From Elusimicrobiota bacterium (GTDB lineage Bacteria; RUG730; JBDRED01), in assembly GCA_043820025.1 (NCBI GenBank), contig JBDRED010000009.1, positions 1-60,406 of the forward strand: a stretch of DNA of 60,406 bases, read 5' to 3'. The stretch's first letter is position 1. The number at the start of each line of letters is the position of its first letter. The position numbers were made by a program, and so were the translations under genes. The notes below the pieces were generated by a model that saw nothing but the letters and a program-made list of their open reading frames with translations, was not told the origin of the DNA and did not search any database. Below, piece after piece: positions 9,255 to 18,991 of the stretch.

Positions 9255-10111
9255 TCTTTAACTGCTCCTGCCATAATTCCTTTAATAATATATTTCTGCA
9301 TTATTAAGTAAACAGTTATGATAGGCACAATGGTGATTGTAATACCTGCCATTAACAAAGGGTATTCTGTGAGATGGCTCCCCTGAAACACCATAAGGCC
9401 TCTTTGAAGAGGCATAAGAGTCTTACTAGAAAGAACTAACATAGCTAACAAGTATTCATTCCATACTCCGAGCGCTACAAATATAACAAGCACTGCCAAA
9501 GCCTGCTTAGCTAAAGGCAGGGCAACGTGCCAGTATATACCAAACTTGCCGCAGCCATCAATACGCGCCGCGTCCTCAAGCTCTTTTGGCATCTTGTCAA
9601 AAAATGTTTTTAAAAGAAAAATACCTAATGCAAGCCCTCCGTTTATCTGCGGCAGTACATATCCTATTCTCGTATTAACAAGATTGAGTTTAGTTAACAA
9701 CACATACAATGCGATAAATGAACCCGGAATTGGAATCATCATTGTAGCCATAAATACCATAAAAAACAGCCTTCGTCCCGGAAACTCAAGCCTTGAAAAC
9801 GCGTAAGCTGCAAGCGAAGAAATAAGCACAACCCCTAAAACAACCACTATTGTATATAAAACGCTGTTAAAAAAATATGTCCCGAAATTTGCTTTTGTCC
9901 ACGCAATTTTAAAATTTATCCATTGAGGGTTGCCGGGAAACAAACTCATATCGGAAAAAACCGTTCTTTGAGTTTTTAAAGCTGAGGAAAACATCCAAAT
10001 AAGCGGAAATATACATGTGATAGAAACAAGCCCGAGAATTGTATGCGTTATGAAAGCCGACACGAATCTTTTTATTTGGTATTCATAATGAGGCCTTTGT
10101 CTAATAGTCAT
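9251..10111 (-). CDS. Carbohydrate ABC transporter permease (MalG-like)
   Basis: 286 aa, multi-TM. EAA loop LEDAARIDGCGKFGIYWHVALPLAKQA. Confidence 0.9.
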   Translation of the reverse strand: MTIRQRPHYEYQIKRFVSAFITHTILGLVSITCIFPLIWMFSSALKTQRTVFSDMSLFPGNPQWINFKIAWTKANFGTYFFNSVLYTIVVVLGVVLISSLAAYAFSRLEFPGRRLFFMVFMATMMIPIPGSFIALYVLLTKLNLVNTRIGYVLPQINGGLALGIFLLKTFFDKMPKELEDAARIDGCGKFGIYWHVALPLAKQALAVLVIFVALGVWNEYLLAMLVLSSKTLMPLQRGLMVFQGSHLTEYPLLMAGITITIVPIITVYLIMQKYIIKGIMAGAVKE

Positions 10112-10113
10112 AA

Positions 10114-10998
10114 TTATACCTTACGTCTTTGGGAGATTTTCATCTGAATAACAGATAAAGATAATAATACAACACCGAACACAATGCTCATAGCGCATGC
10201 ATAACCAAACCTTGATGTGCCTGTCATTGCCGCAAGTATGCGTGTTATTGGAACCTCAGTATGATACCCCGGTCCTCCATGAGTAGTAGAAACAATTAGA
10301 TCGTATATCTGCATAGTGCCGAGGATTGTCAGGATAGAAACCAAGATAAAAACAGGAATCATTAAAGGCACTGTAATATTCTTAAACACCTGCCACGCAT
10401 TAGCTCCGTCAACCTTTGATGCTTCATATAATTCGCGGGGTATTCCTTGAAGCCCTGCAAGCAGTATAATAAATCCCCATCCAAAACCTTTCCACATATG
10501 TATAACTGCAACAGATGTCAACGCTGTTTTTGGATCAGCCAGCCACGCGCGCGCTAAATCGCCTAAGCCCATAGCATTTAACGCATAATTTAAAAGTCCA
10601 TAATTTCCGTCATAAATCCAATTCCAAATTAAACCAACTACGATTCCTGATAATACCGGCGGCAAATAAAATATAACTCTATACGCTTTCGCTCCTCTTA
10701 TTTCCCTATCGCATGCTAACGCGAGAATCAACGCTAAAGAATTTTGAAGTATTAGAGCTAAAAATGTTATATAACCGGCATTTAACATTGATGTCCAGTA
10801 AACCTTATTGTTTCTAAAAATATCTATAAAATGTTCAAGGCCGACATACTTCATAGACAAAGATATTCCATCCCATTGAAATACGCTAAGCTGGAACACC
10901 TTAATAAAAGGATATAGGCTAAAGACCATGAATAATGAGATAGCAGGCAGAACAAATAAATAATTTTCAAGAACCTGTTTTCTTTTGCTGTTAATCAT
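10114..10998 (-). CDS. Carbohydrate ABC transporter permease (MalF-like)
   Basis: 294 aa, multi-TM. EAA loop LYEASKVDGANAWQVFKNITVPLM. Confidence 0.9.
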   Translation of the reverse strand: MINSKRKQVLENYLFVLPAISLFMVFSLYPFIKVFQLSVFQWDGISLSMKYVGLEHFIDIFRNNKVYWTSMLNAGYITFLALILQNSLALILALACDREIRGAKAYRVIFYLPPVLSGIVVGLIWNWIYDGNYGLLNYALNAMGLGDLARAWLADPKTALTSVAVIHMWKGFGWGFIILLAGLQGIPRELYEASKVDGANAWQVFKNITVPLMIPVFILVSILTILGTMQIYDLIVSTTHGGPGYHTEVPITRILAAMTGTSRFGYACAMSIVFGVVLLSLSVIQMKISQRRKV

Positions 10999-11031
10999 CC
11001 CAATATTCCTTTTATAACAAAATATTTTGTC

Positions 11032-12330
11032 TTATTGCGATTTAATTCTTTTTAGTTCTGTTTCTTTAAGCGACTGCACCTCTTTCGCAATCTGTTCAGC
11101 TGTTTTTTCTCCAATAATTATTGATTGAATGCCTTTGTCAAAAGCTTCTATAACACTTGGGAATTCAGCGTAAGGAAGAAAGCTTGGATGCGTTGTTTTA
11201 TCCATATTATCCGCGAATTGCGCGAGTATTGGAGAAATACTCTTTAAACTATCCTTATTTACAGGAAGGTTTCTGGTAGCTTCAGCTAAGAATACCTGCT
11301 GATCTTTATCTGTAAGCCATTTTAAAAATTTTATTGCTTCTTCTTTATTCTTTGAATTGGCGTTTACCATAAATGACGAGCCTGCGCCGCCCCAGATCAC
11401 CATAGGATACTGGTCAGAAACGCGCGGCGGAAATAAAACTTCATAATCTAAGTCCGGATTCATGCCATGATAAACATTTACGCACCATGTCCCGTTAAAC
11501 GCCATTGCCGCCCTCTCATTAGCAAACATTTGCTCTGCTGTTTTATTAACCATTGTGACTATTCCGGTCGCAAGCACATGGTTATTTACCATTTCTTTAA
11601 ATAATGAAAGAACCTTAATCCAATCAGGATCAGTATAAGGAACATCTCCTTTTATCGTTGCAACAACCTTTTCTTTACCCATAATATTAAAAGCGTAGTT
11701 TGAAGCAAGGCAGTCTATCATCCATATCTCGCCCCATCCGCTGACAAGTCCCTGCATGCCGGCCTCGTGCAGTTTTTTGCCTGCTTTCATAAATTCATCC
11801 CATGTCTTTGGCGGATTTTCCGGGTCAAGGCCTGCTTTTCTAAACATCTTTTTATTGAAAAGCATTTGAATGTTAGTTACATCAATAGGGACGCCATATA
11901 CGCCCGGTTTTATACCAAACTGATTATCAGGCAAAAACTCATTAACAGCCAAAGCCTTTAAAAACATTCTGTTTTTCCATAAACCATTGCTCGCGTCCAT
12001 ATAAGGAGTAAGGTTTTCAACATGACCGGCCTTAATAAAGCTGGCAAAATCCCTAGCCTCGCTTAAGATACCATAAATATCCGGCAATGTGTTTGTTTGA
12101 GCCGCAGCTTTAACTTTAGAGGAGTATGCTTCTGAAGGCGCGTATAATTCAAATGTAACGTCTATTCCAAACTGTTGTTTATATCTGTTTGTTAATTCTA
12201 TAAATGCGTCATCCCTATCTGTCATCCAATGCCACACAGTAATTCCTTTCTTGTCCTTTTTAACGCTGCAGCCGCTAATCATTCCCAAAATAAAAACGCT
12301 AAGAATAAAAAGCGATATACCTTTTTTCAT
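11032..12330 (-). CDS. ABC transporter extracellular solute-binding lipoprotein (sugar type)
   Basis: 432 aa. Lipobox MISGCS. Length and composition are typical of family-1 SBPs. First gene of the permease operon. Confidence 0.85.
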   Translation of the reverse strand: MKKGISLFILSVFILGMISGCSVKKDKKGITVWHWMTDRDDAFIELTNRYKQQFGIDVTFELYAPSEAYSSKVKAAAQTNTLPDIYGILSEARDFASFIKAGHVENLTPYMDASNGLWKNRMFLKALAVNEFLPDNQFGIKPGVYGVPIDVTNIQMLFNKKMFRKAGLDPENPPKTWDEFMKAGKKLHEAGMQGLVSGWGEIWMIDCLASNYAFNIMGKEKVVATIKGDVPYTDPDWIKVLSLFKEMVNNHVLATGIVTMVNKTAEQMFANERAAMAFNGTWCVNVYHGMNPDLDYEVLFPPRVSDQYPMVIWGGAGSSFMVNANSKNKEEAIKFLKWLTDKDQQVFLAEATRNLPVNKDSLKSISPILAQFADNMDKTTHPSFLPYAEFPSVIEAFDKGIQSIIIGEKTAEQIAKEVQSLKETELKRIKSQ

Positions 12331-12443
12331 TATTTTTCTCCTTTGGTTATATCTAAAATATTCACAGATTCAATATCTGTAAGAAACAAATTAAATGTTC
12401 TTTTCTTATTAAATTGGCAGTCTTTTTTTCGGATGGCTTTTTG

Positions 12444-12473
12444 ATTATACTACAACTATATAATATATGTCAA
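12444..12473 (-). promoter_or_regulatory. Sigma70-type promoter candidate for the ABC/GH operon
   Basis: The minus strand reads TTGACA (12473-12468), an 18-nt spacer, then TATAAT (12449-12444), about 110 nt upstream of the SBP ATG. Confidence 0.5.
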
Positions 12474-12538
12474 TAAAAAGAACGAAAGTTACAAATTTTA
12501 CGCATTATACGCAAAACATATTAGATAAATTTAATATT

Positions 12539-14716
12539 CTATTTATTAATAATTTTAATTTTGTCAAAACTAATACTGATATTTAGATCCTTATTACGCA
12601 CCGCAATATTTAATTCCTTTGGCCAAACCATTCTTCCATTCACTGAATGCCAGTCGCTATATAATATTTCCACTTTGTTATTACCGGTTTTATTTACAAA
12701 ATCTTGTTGTAAGATATATCCGTCTTTTGATATCACCAAATCAACATTTTCAAATGAAAGCCTATAACAGTCTTTATCTTCAATCAGCTCTTTGTCGTCT
12801 AAAATAACCTCCGGAATGATTTGAAAATTATTAATCTCTGAAAGCGCCGGGATATTATCTTCTAAATTATATTTTTTACTGCTCGCTACAGAATAAAACG
12901 AAACCTCATCGTGAATCAATATATAACCGGCAGGAAGGCCCGGGATATTATTTGCGTCAATACGAATATAATCCGGAAATAAATAGCGCAGACTGCCTTT
13001 AAAAACTAATTTTCTCTTATACTTAATTTTAATATTTACGCCGGCTATTAAAAGATGTTTTTGCGCTGAGCGTTGAAGCGTATTAATACGATTTTTTATC
13101 ATTTCATCAATCGGGATATCTGCGAGCATTCTCGAACATTCGTTAAGTTTTAATTCATAATCATGATTCGTGTCGTCTAAAAAACGCGCGCTGTCATACG
13201 CAAAAAAGGCTTTTTCATAATTACCCAGTTTATTATACGCCTCTCCCATATGGAAATAAATAACAGGATCAATTTGATCCTTACCTGCCTCTTCCAAAAG
13301 ATTTAACGCTTCTTTGTATTCGCCCTTTTTAAAATAGAGCCATCCCAGACTATCCTTATAAGCGCTGCTTTCAGGAAAGATTTTTAACGCTTTTTTTATT
13401 AATATCTCAGCCTCGCCAAGGTTCTCGCCTTTTTCAATCATTGAATATCCAATATAATTCGCGGCCTGAGCATTATCAGGATCATATTTCAAAAGAGTTC
13501 TTAGAGTCATTACAGCGTTATCCGTCTTATCCATACTATCGTATGTCATTCCTAAAGAATAAAGCGCGCTTGTATACCCGGTTTTGAGCGACACAGCTTC
13601 TTGAAAATACCTGACAGCTTTTTTATTATTCCCATTGTCGCTATAACCAAGCCCTATAAAGTAATATAGATCCGGATCGCTCGGATATCTTTTTAACGCC
13701 TTTTTTAAAATATTTACAGCTTTATCATTCTTGTTTTTTTTAGAATACAAATAAGCGATACGCAAATAATTTTCAACGGCGTAGTTATTGTATTCCATTA
13801 TGTCAAACAGATATTCTATCGCCTTGTCCCAATCTTTAATTTCCTCCGCGCGTTTTATCAGCATGAGATATGCGTATAGCGTCTGCGTGATGAGCATATC
13901 GTCTATTTTATTTGCTGATTTTATTTTATCTATGACGCGTAGAAAATATTCTTCGCCTTCCAGGCTCCACTCATCCTGCCACGCTAGAGTGCCGAGTTTA
14001 TTGAGGAGCATCACTACATTAATATCCGAAGATTCGTGTATAAGAGCCTCTGAGTATGCTTCTTCTGCTAATTGTTTTTCATTGGTTCTCTCATACAACA
14101 CGCCTAACCGCCACCAAATAGCGCTGTTTTCTTTATCCTTAATAATTATCTCTTTATACAAATCCTTAGCTTTCTCATACTCCTTCTCGCGCTCAAGCAC
14201 ATTAGCAAGAAGCGCTTTTACGTCATTATTACCCGGCGCTTTCTCTAAATATTTTTCATAGTATATCCCGGCTTTCTTTTGATCGCCCCGGCGCTCATAA
14301 AATAGTCCAAGATAAAAATACACGCCCGGCTGGTCAGGATCTATCTCTTTTGCTTTTTCAGCATATTCAATCGCCTTATCAAACTCCGACAAAGAAGCTT
14401 TAGTGTGCGCTAAAATGAAATATGTTTCATAATCAGGCTCGCCGTACTCAACAATCCATAATCCTTTCTCCTCAGCCTCTTCAAACTTACCGCTTCTCCA
14501 TAATGCAATCAATGCATCCTTCTCAACAATATTGCTAACAGGGCCGCTGCTGTCAATCTTTGCGTACATCTCTAACGCCTTATCATAATCACCCTCAAAC
14601 TGATACATAAGCCCTTGAATATATGTTTCATAACTTTCAGACTCGCTTCTGCTCTGAGCTAAAAGAAACGATAAGGGCATAAACATTAATAATAAGGTTA
14701 TAACTATTTTCTTCAT
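12539..14716 (-). CDS. Secreted TPR-repeat protein with a ~200-aa non-TPR C-terminal beta-rich domain
   Basis: Many 34-aa repeats of the A..Y...L..-P type. I place the start at ATG 14716 (MKKIVITLLLMF..., GAGGA upstream) rather than the track's TTG at 14731. Confidence 0.8.
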   Translation of the reverse strand: MKKIVITLLLMFMPLSFLLAQSRSESESYETYIQGLMYQFEGDYDKALEMYAKIDSSGPVSNIVEKDALIALWRSGKFEEAEEKGLWIVEYGEPDYETYFILAHTKASLSEFDKAIEYAEKAKEIDPDQPGVYFYLGLFYERRGDQKKAGIYYEKYLEKAPGNNDVKALLANVLEREKEYEKAKDLYKEIIIKDKENSAIWWRLGVLYERTNEKQLAEEAYSEALIHESSDINVVMLLNKLGTLAWQDEWSLEGEEYFLRVIDKIKSANKIDDMLITQTLYAYLMLIKRAEEIKDWDKAIEYLFDIMEYNNYAVENYLRIAYLYSKKNKNDKAVNILKKALKRYPSDPDLYYFIGLGYSDNGNNKKAVRYFQEAVSLKTGYTSALYSLGMTYDSMDKTDNAVMTLRTLLKYDPDNAQAANYIGYSMIEKGENLGEAEILIKKALKIFPESSAYKDSLGWLYFKKGEYKEALNLLEEAGKDQIDPVIYFHMGEAYNKLGNYEKAFFAYDSARFLDDTNHDYELKLNECSRMLADIPIDEMIKNRINTLQRSAQKHLLIAGVNIKIKYKRKLVFKGSLRYLFPDYIRIDANNIPGLPAGYILIHDEVSFYSVASSKKYNLEDNIPALSEINNFQIIPEVILDDKELIEDKDCYRLSFENVDLVISKDGYILQQDFVNKTGNNKVEILYSDWHSVNGRMVWPKELNIAVRNKDLNISISFDKIKIINK

Positions 14717-14779
14717 AATTTCCTCAAACAAACTGTTTATATTAAAGTAATATTAAAAAAACGCTTCCCTGCTTTATAA

Positions 14780-15232
14780 TTATTTCTTTAATATCAGCGC
14801 GTCTTCTTCAGGATTAGAATAATACTTTTTCCGAACATTTATTATTGAGAAGCCCATATCTCCGTATAATTTTTTTGCCGCTGTGTTTGATTCCCGCACC
14901 TCAAGAAACACGTTTTTTACGCCCTTTTCATTTAAAATATCCAGTATACGCGATAAAATTTTTTTTCCTATGCCCTTTAGCCTATACTGCGCGTCAACAG
15001 CAAGATTTAATATCTCAGCGCAGCTCTCAAAATACCTGCATCCCGCATACCCCACAATTATTTCTTCATCATTATTTTTTATGCAGGCTGTTTGGAACAC
15101 CGAACCTTCAACCAAAAGCTCACTATAAAACATCTCTCTTGTCCACGGATCAGGGAACGCTTTTTTTTCTATATCTAAAATTTTATCAATATCATCCTTA
15201 ATCATGCTTCTAAAAAATATATTCATTGGCAT
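14780..15232 (-). CDS. rimI: Ribosomal-protein-alanine N-acetyltransferase (GNAT)
   Basis: 150 aa. GNAT core RLKGIGKKIL and KLYGDMGF. Sits in the conserved thiL-tsaE-tsaB-rimI order. The exact start is uncertain (an internal Met at aa 10 is possible). Confidence 0.85.
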   Translation of the reverse strand: MPMNIFFRSMIKDDIDKILDIEKKAFPDPWTREMFYSELLVEGSVFQTACIKNNDEEIIVGYAGCRYFESCAEILNLAVDAQYRLKGIGKKILSRILDILNEKGVKNVFLEVRESNTAAKKLYGDMGFSIINVRKKYYSNPEEDALILKK

Positions 15233-15957
15233 CTCTTATTTTTTTCTTCCCACTTAACTTCAGCCTCAGACCTTCGCAGATATAAAGGAATAATTTTGCC
15301 GTAATCCTGTTCTTTCGACTTATCGAATATATCCTTACCCATCTGCGCTATAATTGTTTCTAAATATTTATCCCCGCTCTCCTCAATAAAATGAACGCGC
15401 CTTTTATTTATATATAACAAATCCTGTTTCTTAACAACATCAATGCCATTGCCGAAAAAAACAAATTCATTTTCTTTAACTGCGTACTCGTCTAACACAG
15501 CCTGCATCTTATCCGCGTCAGCTATGCAATAATCGATTTTCTTTTCTAATAATCCTTTATTATTTATATAAACCGCTAAGTAAACTTCATTTCTTAAAGC
15601 GTCAATAACAGAACACACAGCTGTCAAGTCAGGCCTTATCTTTAACGCGTTATGCGCAAGCGCGTCCAAACCGGCCACAGGCGCAATTTTTATATTGCGC
15701 GCCTGAGCCCATGCTCTGCAACATGCTATTCCAACACGTATTCCCGTAAACGAACCCGGCCCTATATTTACTGCAAGACCATCTACCTCTTCCATAGCAA
15801 GTTTATTCCTCTCCAGTAGATTCCGAATAATCCCGATGAGTATCTCAGAATGCACATTGCCCAGATTAACACAAATATAGTCTGCATCATTGCCATTAAC
15901 CATTGACACTTCGCAGTATTTAGTAGTTGTATCAATACCTACAATAATCATATACAC
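15223..15957 (-). CDS. tsaB: tRNA t6A biosynthesis protein TsaB (YeaZ)
   Basis: IVGIDTTT and GPGSFTGIRVGI motifs. Confidence 0.9.
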   Translation of the reverse strand: MYMIIVGIDTTTKYCEVSMVNGNDADYICVNLGNVHSEILIGIIRNLLERNKLAMEEVDGLAVNIGPGSFTGIRVGIACCRAWAQARNIKIAPVAGLDALAHNALKIRPDLTAVCSVIDALRNEVYLAVYINNKGLLEKKIDYCIADADKMQAVLDEYAVKENEFVFFGNGIDVVKKQDLLYINKRRVHFIEESGDKYLETIIAQMGKDIFDKSKEQDYGKIIPLYLRRSEAEVKWEEKNKRCQ

Positions 15958-15971
15958 CTCAAAACACGCCG

Positions 15972-16418
15972 CTAATTTATTTTTTTTATTATTATTTCTC
16001 TCTCATTTTCATCTAAATATTTAAAATAAATCTCCCAGCGTTTTTCAGGCCATAAGGATTTTGCCCTATCAGCCCATTCCACAATAATAACTCTGTTACT
16101 ATTTATATATTCTTCCCAGCCCAAATCCTCTACCTGCGAATCATTATCCAATCTATAAAAATCAAAATGCGCAAGAGAATAATCGCCGCTATACTCATTA
16201 ACCAAGGTAAATGAAGGGCTTCTCACAATATCCTTCACACCCAATTCCTTTGCCACAGCTTTTGTAAATGTAGTTTTTCCGCTCCCTAAATCTCCAATCA
16301 ATAATATTGTATCGCCTTTAGCTATAATCTGCGAAAAGCTCCCGGCAACTTCGCGCGTTTCTGCCACTGAATGGCTTACAATCCTTTGTTCATTTTTATT
16401 TTTATTAAACTTTAACAT
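15972..16418 (-). CDS. tsaE: tRNA t6A biosynthesis ATPase TsaE (YjeE)
   Basis: P-loop GDLGSGKTTFTK, SPSFTLVNEY, FDFYRL. Confidence 0.9.
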   Translation of the reverse strand: MLKFNKNKNEQRIVSHSVAETREVAGSFSQIIAKGDTILLIGDLGSGKTTFTKAVAKELGVKDIVRSPSFTLVNEYSGDYSLAHFDFYRLDNDSQVEDLGWEEYINSNRVIIVEWADRAKSLWPEKRWEIYFKYLDENEREIIIKKIN

Positions 16419-16441
16419 TTTATTATCCTGTAAACTTAACG

Positions 16442-17407
16442 CTAGAATGCCTCATATCCTCTGACTTTAATTTTTTTCTCTTTGCCTTTATCGTCAATAA
16501 ACTTCAACCCCTTGCCTTTCTTGACACAGCCGATAACCTTCACGCCCTCTATTTGCTGAGCGCTCTTAAGCCTGTTTTTTGGGACTGTAAACACAAGCTC
16601 ATAATCCTCTCCGCCATACATTGCATACTTAAGCGCGTCTTTTTTTGAAACACTTTTTTTTAGTTCTTTTGAAATAGGCAGATCATTAATATTAATTTCG
16701 AATTTTTTTAAACTTTTTTCTGCCATAGTATTAAGCGTGGACACAAGTCCGTCACTAACATCCATCATAGAGGTCACATTGCAGTCTTTAACAAGTTTTA
16801 CAGATTCCTTAACTCTTGGCGCAGGACAATTAAATCTTTGTATTAAATATTTATTCTTTATTTTATTTAAAACACATTGCCTGCCAAAAGCCGCATCGCC
16901 GAAAAAGCCTGTTACGCAAACATAATCGCCATTCTTTGCGCCGCCTCTTAGCGCAGGCTTTTCCCCTGCGCATTCTCCCACAATAGTAATTGTTATCATT
17001 AAATCCTTTTTTGAAGATACTGTATCTCCTCCAATTATTTGCACATTCAATTTGTCGGCTAAACTTGAAATCCCTCTATAAATTTCCTTTGCATTGTTGA
17101 CCGTTATATCATTTGTGACAGCGCATGAAACAAGCGCATATTTAGGAATGCCGCCCATAGCTGAAATATCGCTCACATTTATTGCTAATACTTTCCATCC
17201 CAAGTCATAGAAGGAGATGTATTCCCTGTTAAAATGAACCCTCTCGACCATTGTGTCAATACTTACTAATATTTTTCCGTTTAATCGCACCATTGCAGTA
17301 TCATCGCCAATACCAATCGCCGCAGATCCGGCTTTTTTACCGGTCCATTTTTTTATATTGTCTATTAATTTATATTCGCCTATCGAAGATAATTTATGGT
17401 TTGTCAT
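16442..17407 (-). CDS. thiL: Thiamine-monophosphate kinase
   Basis: GEYKLIDNI, IGIGDDTAMV and a PurM/AIR-synthase-like fold pattern. Synteny with tsaE. Confidence 0.9.
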   Translation of the reverse strand: MTNHKLSSIGEYKLIDNIKKWTGKKAGSAAIGIGDDTAMVRLNGKILVSIDTMVERVHFNREYISFYDLGWKVLAINVSDISAMGGIPKYALVSCAVTNDITVNNAKEIYRGISSLADKLNVQIIGGDTVSSKKDLMITITIVGECAGEKPALRGGAKNGDYVCVTGFFGDAAFGRQCVLNKIKNKYLIQRFNCPAPRVKESVKLVKDCNVTSMMDVSDGLVSTLNTMAEKSLKKFEININDLPISKELKKSVSKKDALKYAMYGGEDYELVFTVPKNRLKSAQQIEGVKVIGCVKKGKGLKFIDDKGKEKKIKVRGYEAF

Positions 17408-17464
17408 TTCAACTCCGCGACTACCGGAAAGCGCGCCGGTATTATTGCAAGAATTCCATTACCG

Positions 17465-17491
17465 CAAAAAGGGACAGGACTATTCCTGTCC
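17465..17491 (-). terminator. Rho-independent terminator after the 65-aa membrane protein gene
   Basis: 9-bp stem GGGACAGGA/TCCTGTCCC (17470-17478 / 17483-17491) with a 4-nt loop, followed on the minus strand by TTTTT (17469-17465). Confidence 0.8.
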
Positions 17492-17535
17492 CCGCAATAT
17501 ATACCGCTTTGTTCTCTAAATAATTAAATAGCGTA

Positions 17536-17733
17536 TTAGTCTTTTTTTGATTCTTCTTTTGACTTAGACGATTCCTTTATACTGCTCACGCCTGCAATCA
17601 CAGCTATTACTCCAACTACGACAAATGATATGGGCATCATCCCTGCAAGCACCAAAAGAAGAATATCCCACCACAAGAAAAGGCCTGCTACACCTAACGC
17701 GAACGCAATCGTTCCTAAAATAATACTGATCAC
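17536..17733 (-). CDS. Small two-helix membrane protein with Ser/Lys/Glu tail
   Basis: 65-aa ORF with two hydrophobic helices. It has its own terminator. No family recognised. Confidence 0.55.
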   Translation of the reverse strand: MISIILGTIAFALGVAGLFLWWDILLLVLAGMMPISFVVVGVIAVIAGVSSIKESSKSKEESKKD

Positions 17734-17779
17734 AATTAATACCTCCTTGATATTACAGCGTAGATCTCAAACGCTTATT

Positions 17780-18952
17780 TTACATATTCTGTTCAATAAT
17801 TTTCACAAAAATCTCTGCTCCTAATACTAATGCCTTTTCATCAACATCAAATCTAGGGTTATGCCATGGATACACAATATTTTTATCTGCATTTTTGACT
17901 CCCAGATAAAAAAAAGCTCCGTTAATATAATTCAAATAATCCGCGAAATCCTCTCCGCCCATTGATGTTTTATCTATATAATATATTTTCTTTTCCCCTA
18001 AAACCGCTCTGCCTGCGTTATGCGCCTTTTCAACAGCGCTCTTAATATTTATAAGCGGATCGCCGACATACTCAATATCTATATTACCTTTAATCCCATA
18101 CTTCTTGCAAACATTTTTAACCGATTTCTTCATTTCAGCGTGAATCTTTTTTCTTGTGGCATTTGATATTGATCTGACAGTCCCGCTAAGCTCAATAGTT
18201 TTTGGAATAATGTTAAAGCCGGTGCCTCCATGAATTGTGCATATAGATAACACAGCAGGTTCATTTAGATTTAACTTCTCGGAAATAATATTCTGTAATT
18301 CTTGAACAAGCACGCAAGACGCAAGAATAGTGTGTTGAGTTTTATGCGGTTCAGCGGCATGCCCGCCGCTGCCTATGAGCGTAATATTAATTTTATCAAC
18401 AGCAGCCATCATAGCGCCGTAACGCAATCCTAATACTCCCGAAGGCAATGATGGAGCAACGTGCATACCAAATATTATATCCGGCTTAGGACTCTTTAAA
18501 CATCCTGAACTGATCATATGTTTTGCGCCGTCTCCGCCTTCCTCATTAGGCTGGAATATAAATCTTACGCTTCCGGAAAAATCACTTTTTCTTTTTGATA
18601 ATAATCTGGCTGCGCCTAACAACATGGCTACATGCGTGTCATGCCCGCACGCGTGCATAACACCCTTTATTTTTGAAGAATAGGCTTTACCGGTCTCCTC
18701 AATAATAGGCAAAGCGTCCATATCAGCGCGAAACGCTATTACTAACGCTTTGCCTGTTTTTACCTTTTTTGTTCCGCGCAATGTTGCAATAACGCCTGTT
18801 TTTGTTTTTGTCTTACTTGCTGTTATTCCGCATTTTTTTAACTCATCAAGTATAAGTTTTTGCGTTCGAAATTCTCTAAATCCCAGCTCCGGATATTTAT
18901 GAATTTTATGCCTAATATTAATTATATATTTTTCTAATTCATTTCTTGTCAT
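17780..18952 (-). CDS. M20-family amidohydrolase (N-acyl-amino-acid amidohydrolase / hippurate hydrolase type)
   Basis: 390 aa. HACGHDTH metal site. NEEGG. Confidence 0.85.
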   Translation of the reverse strand: MTRNELEKYIINIRHKIHKYPELGFREFRTQKLILDELKKCGITASKTKTKTGVIATLRGTKKVKTGKALVIAFRADMDALPIIEETGKAYSSKIKGVMHACGHDTHVAMLLGAARLLSKRKSDFSGSVRFIFQPNEEGGDGAKHMISSGCLKSPKPDIIFGMHVAPSLPSGVLGLRYGAMMAAVDKINITLIGSGGHAAEPHKTQHTILASCVLVQELQNIISEKLNLNEPAVLSICTIHGGTGFNIIPKTIELSGTVRSISNATRKKIHAEMKKSVKNVCKKYGIKGNIDIEYVGDPLINIKSAVEKAHNAGRAVLGEKKIYYIDKTSMGGEDFADYLNYINGAFFYLGVKNADKNIVYPWHNPRFDVDEKALVLGAEIFVKIIEQNM

Positions 18953-18991
18953 TTTAAATCCTCTTCAATTCCATATTCTGAATTCTATAAT

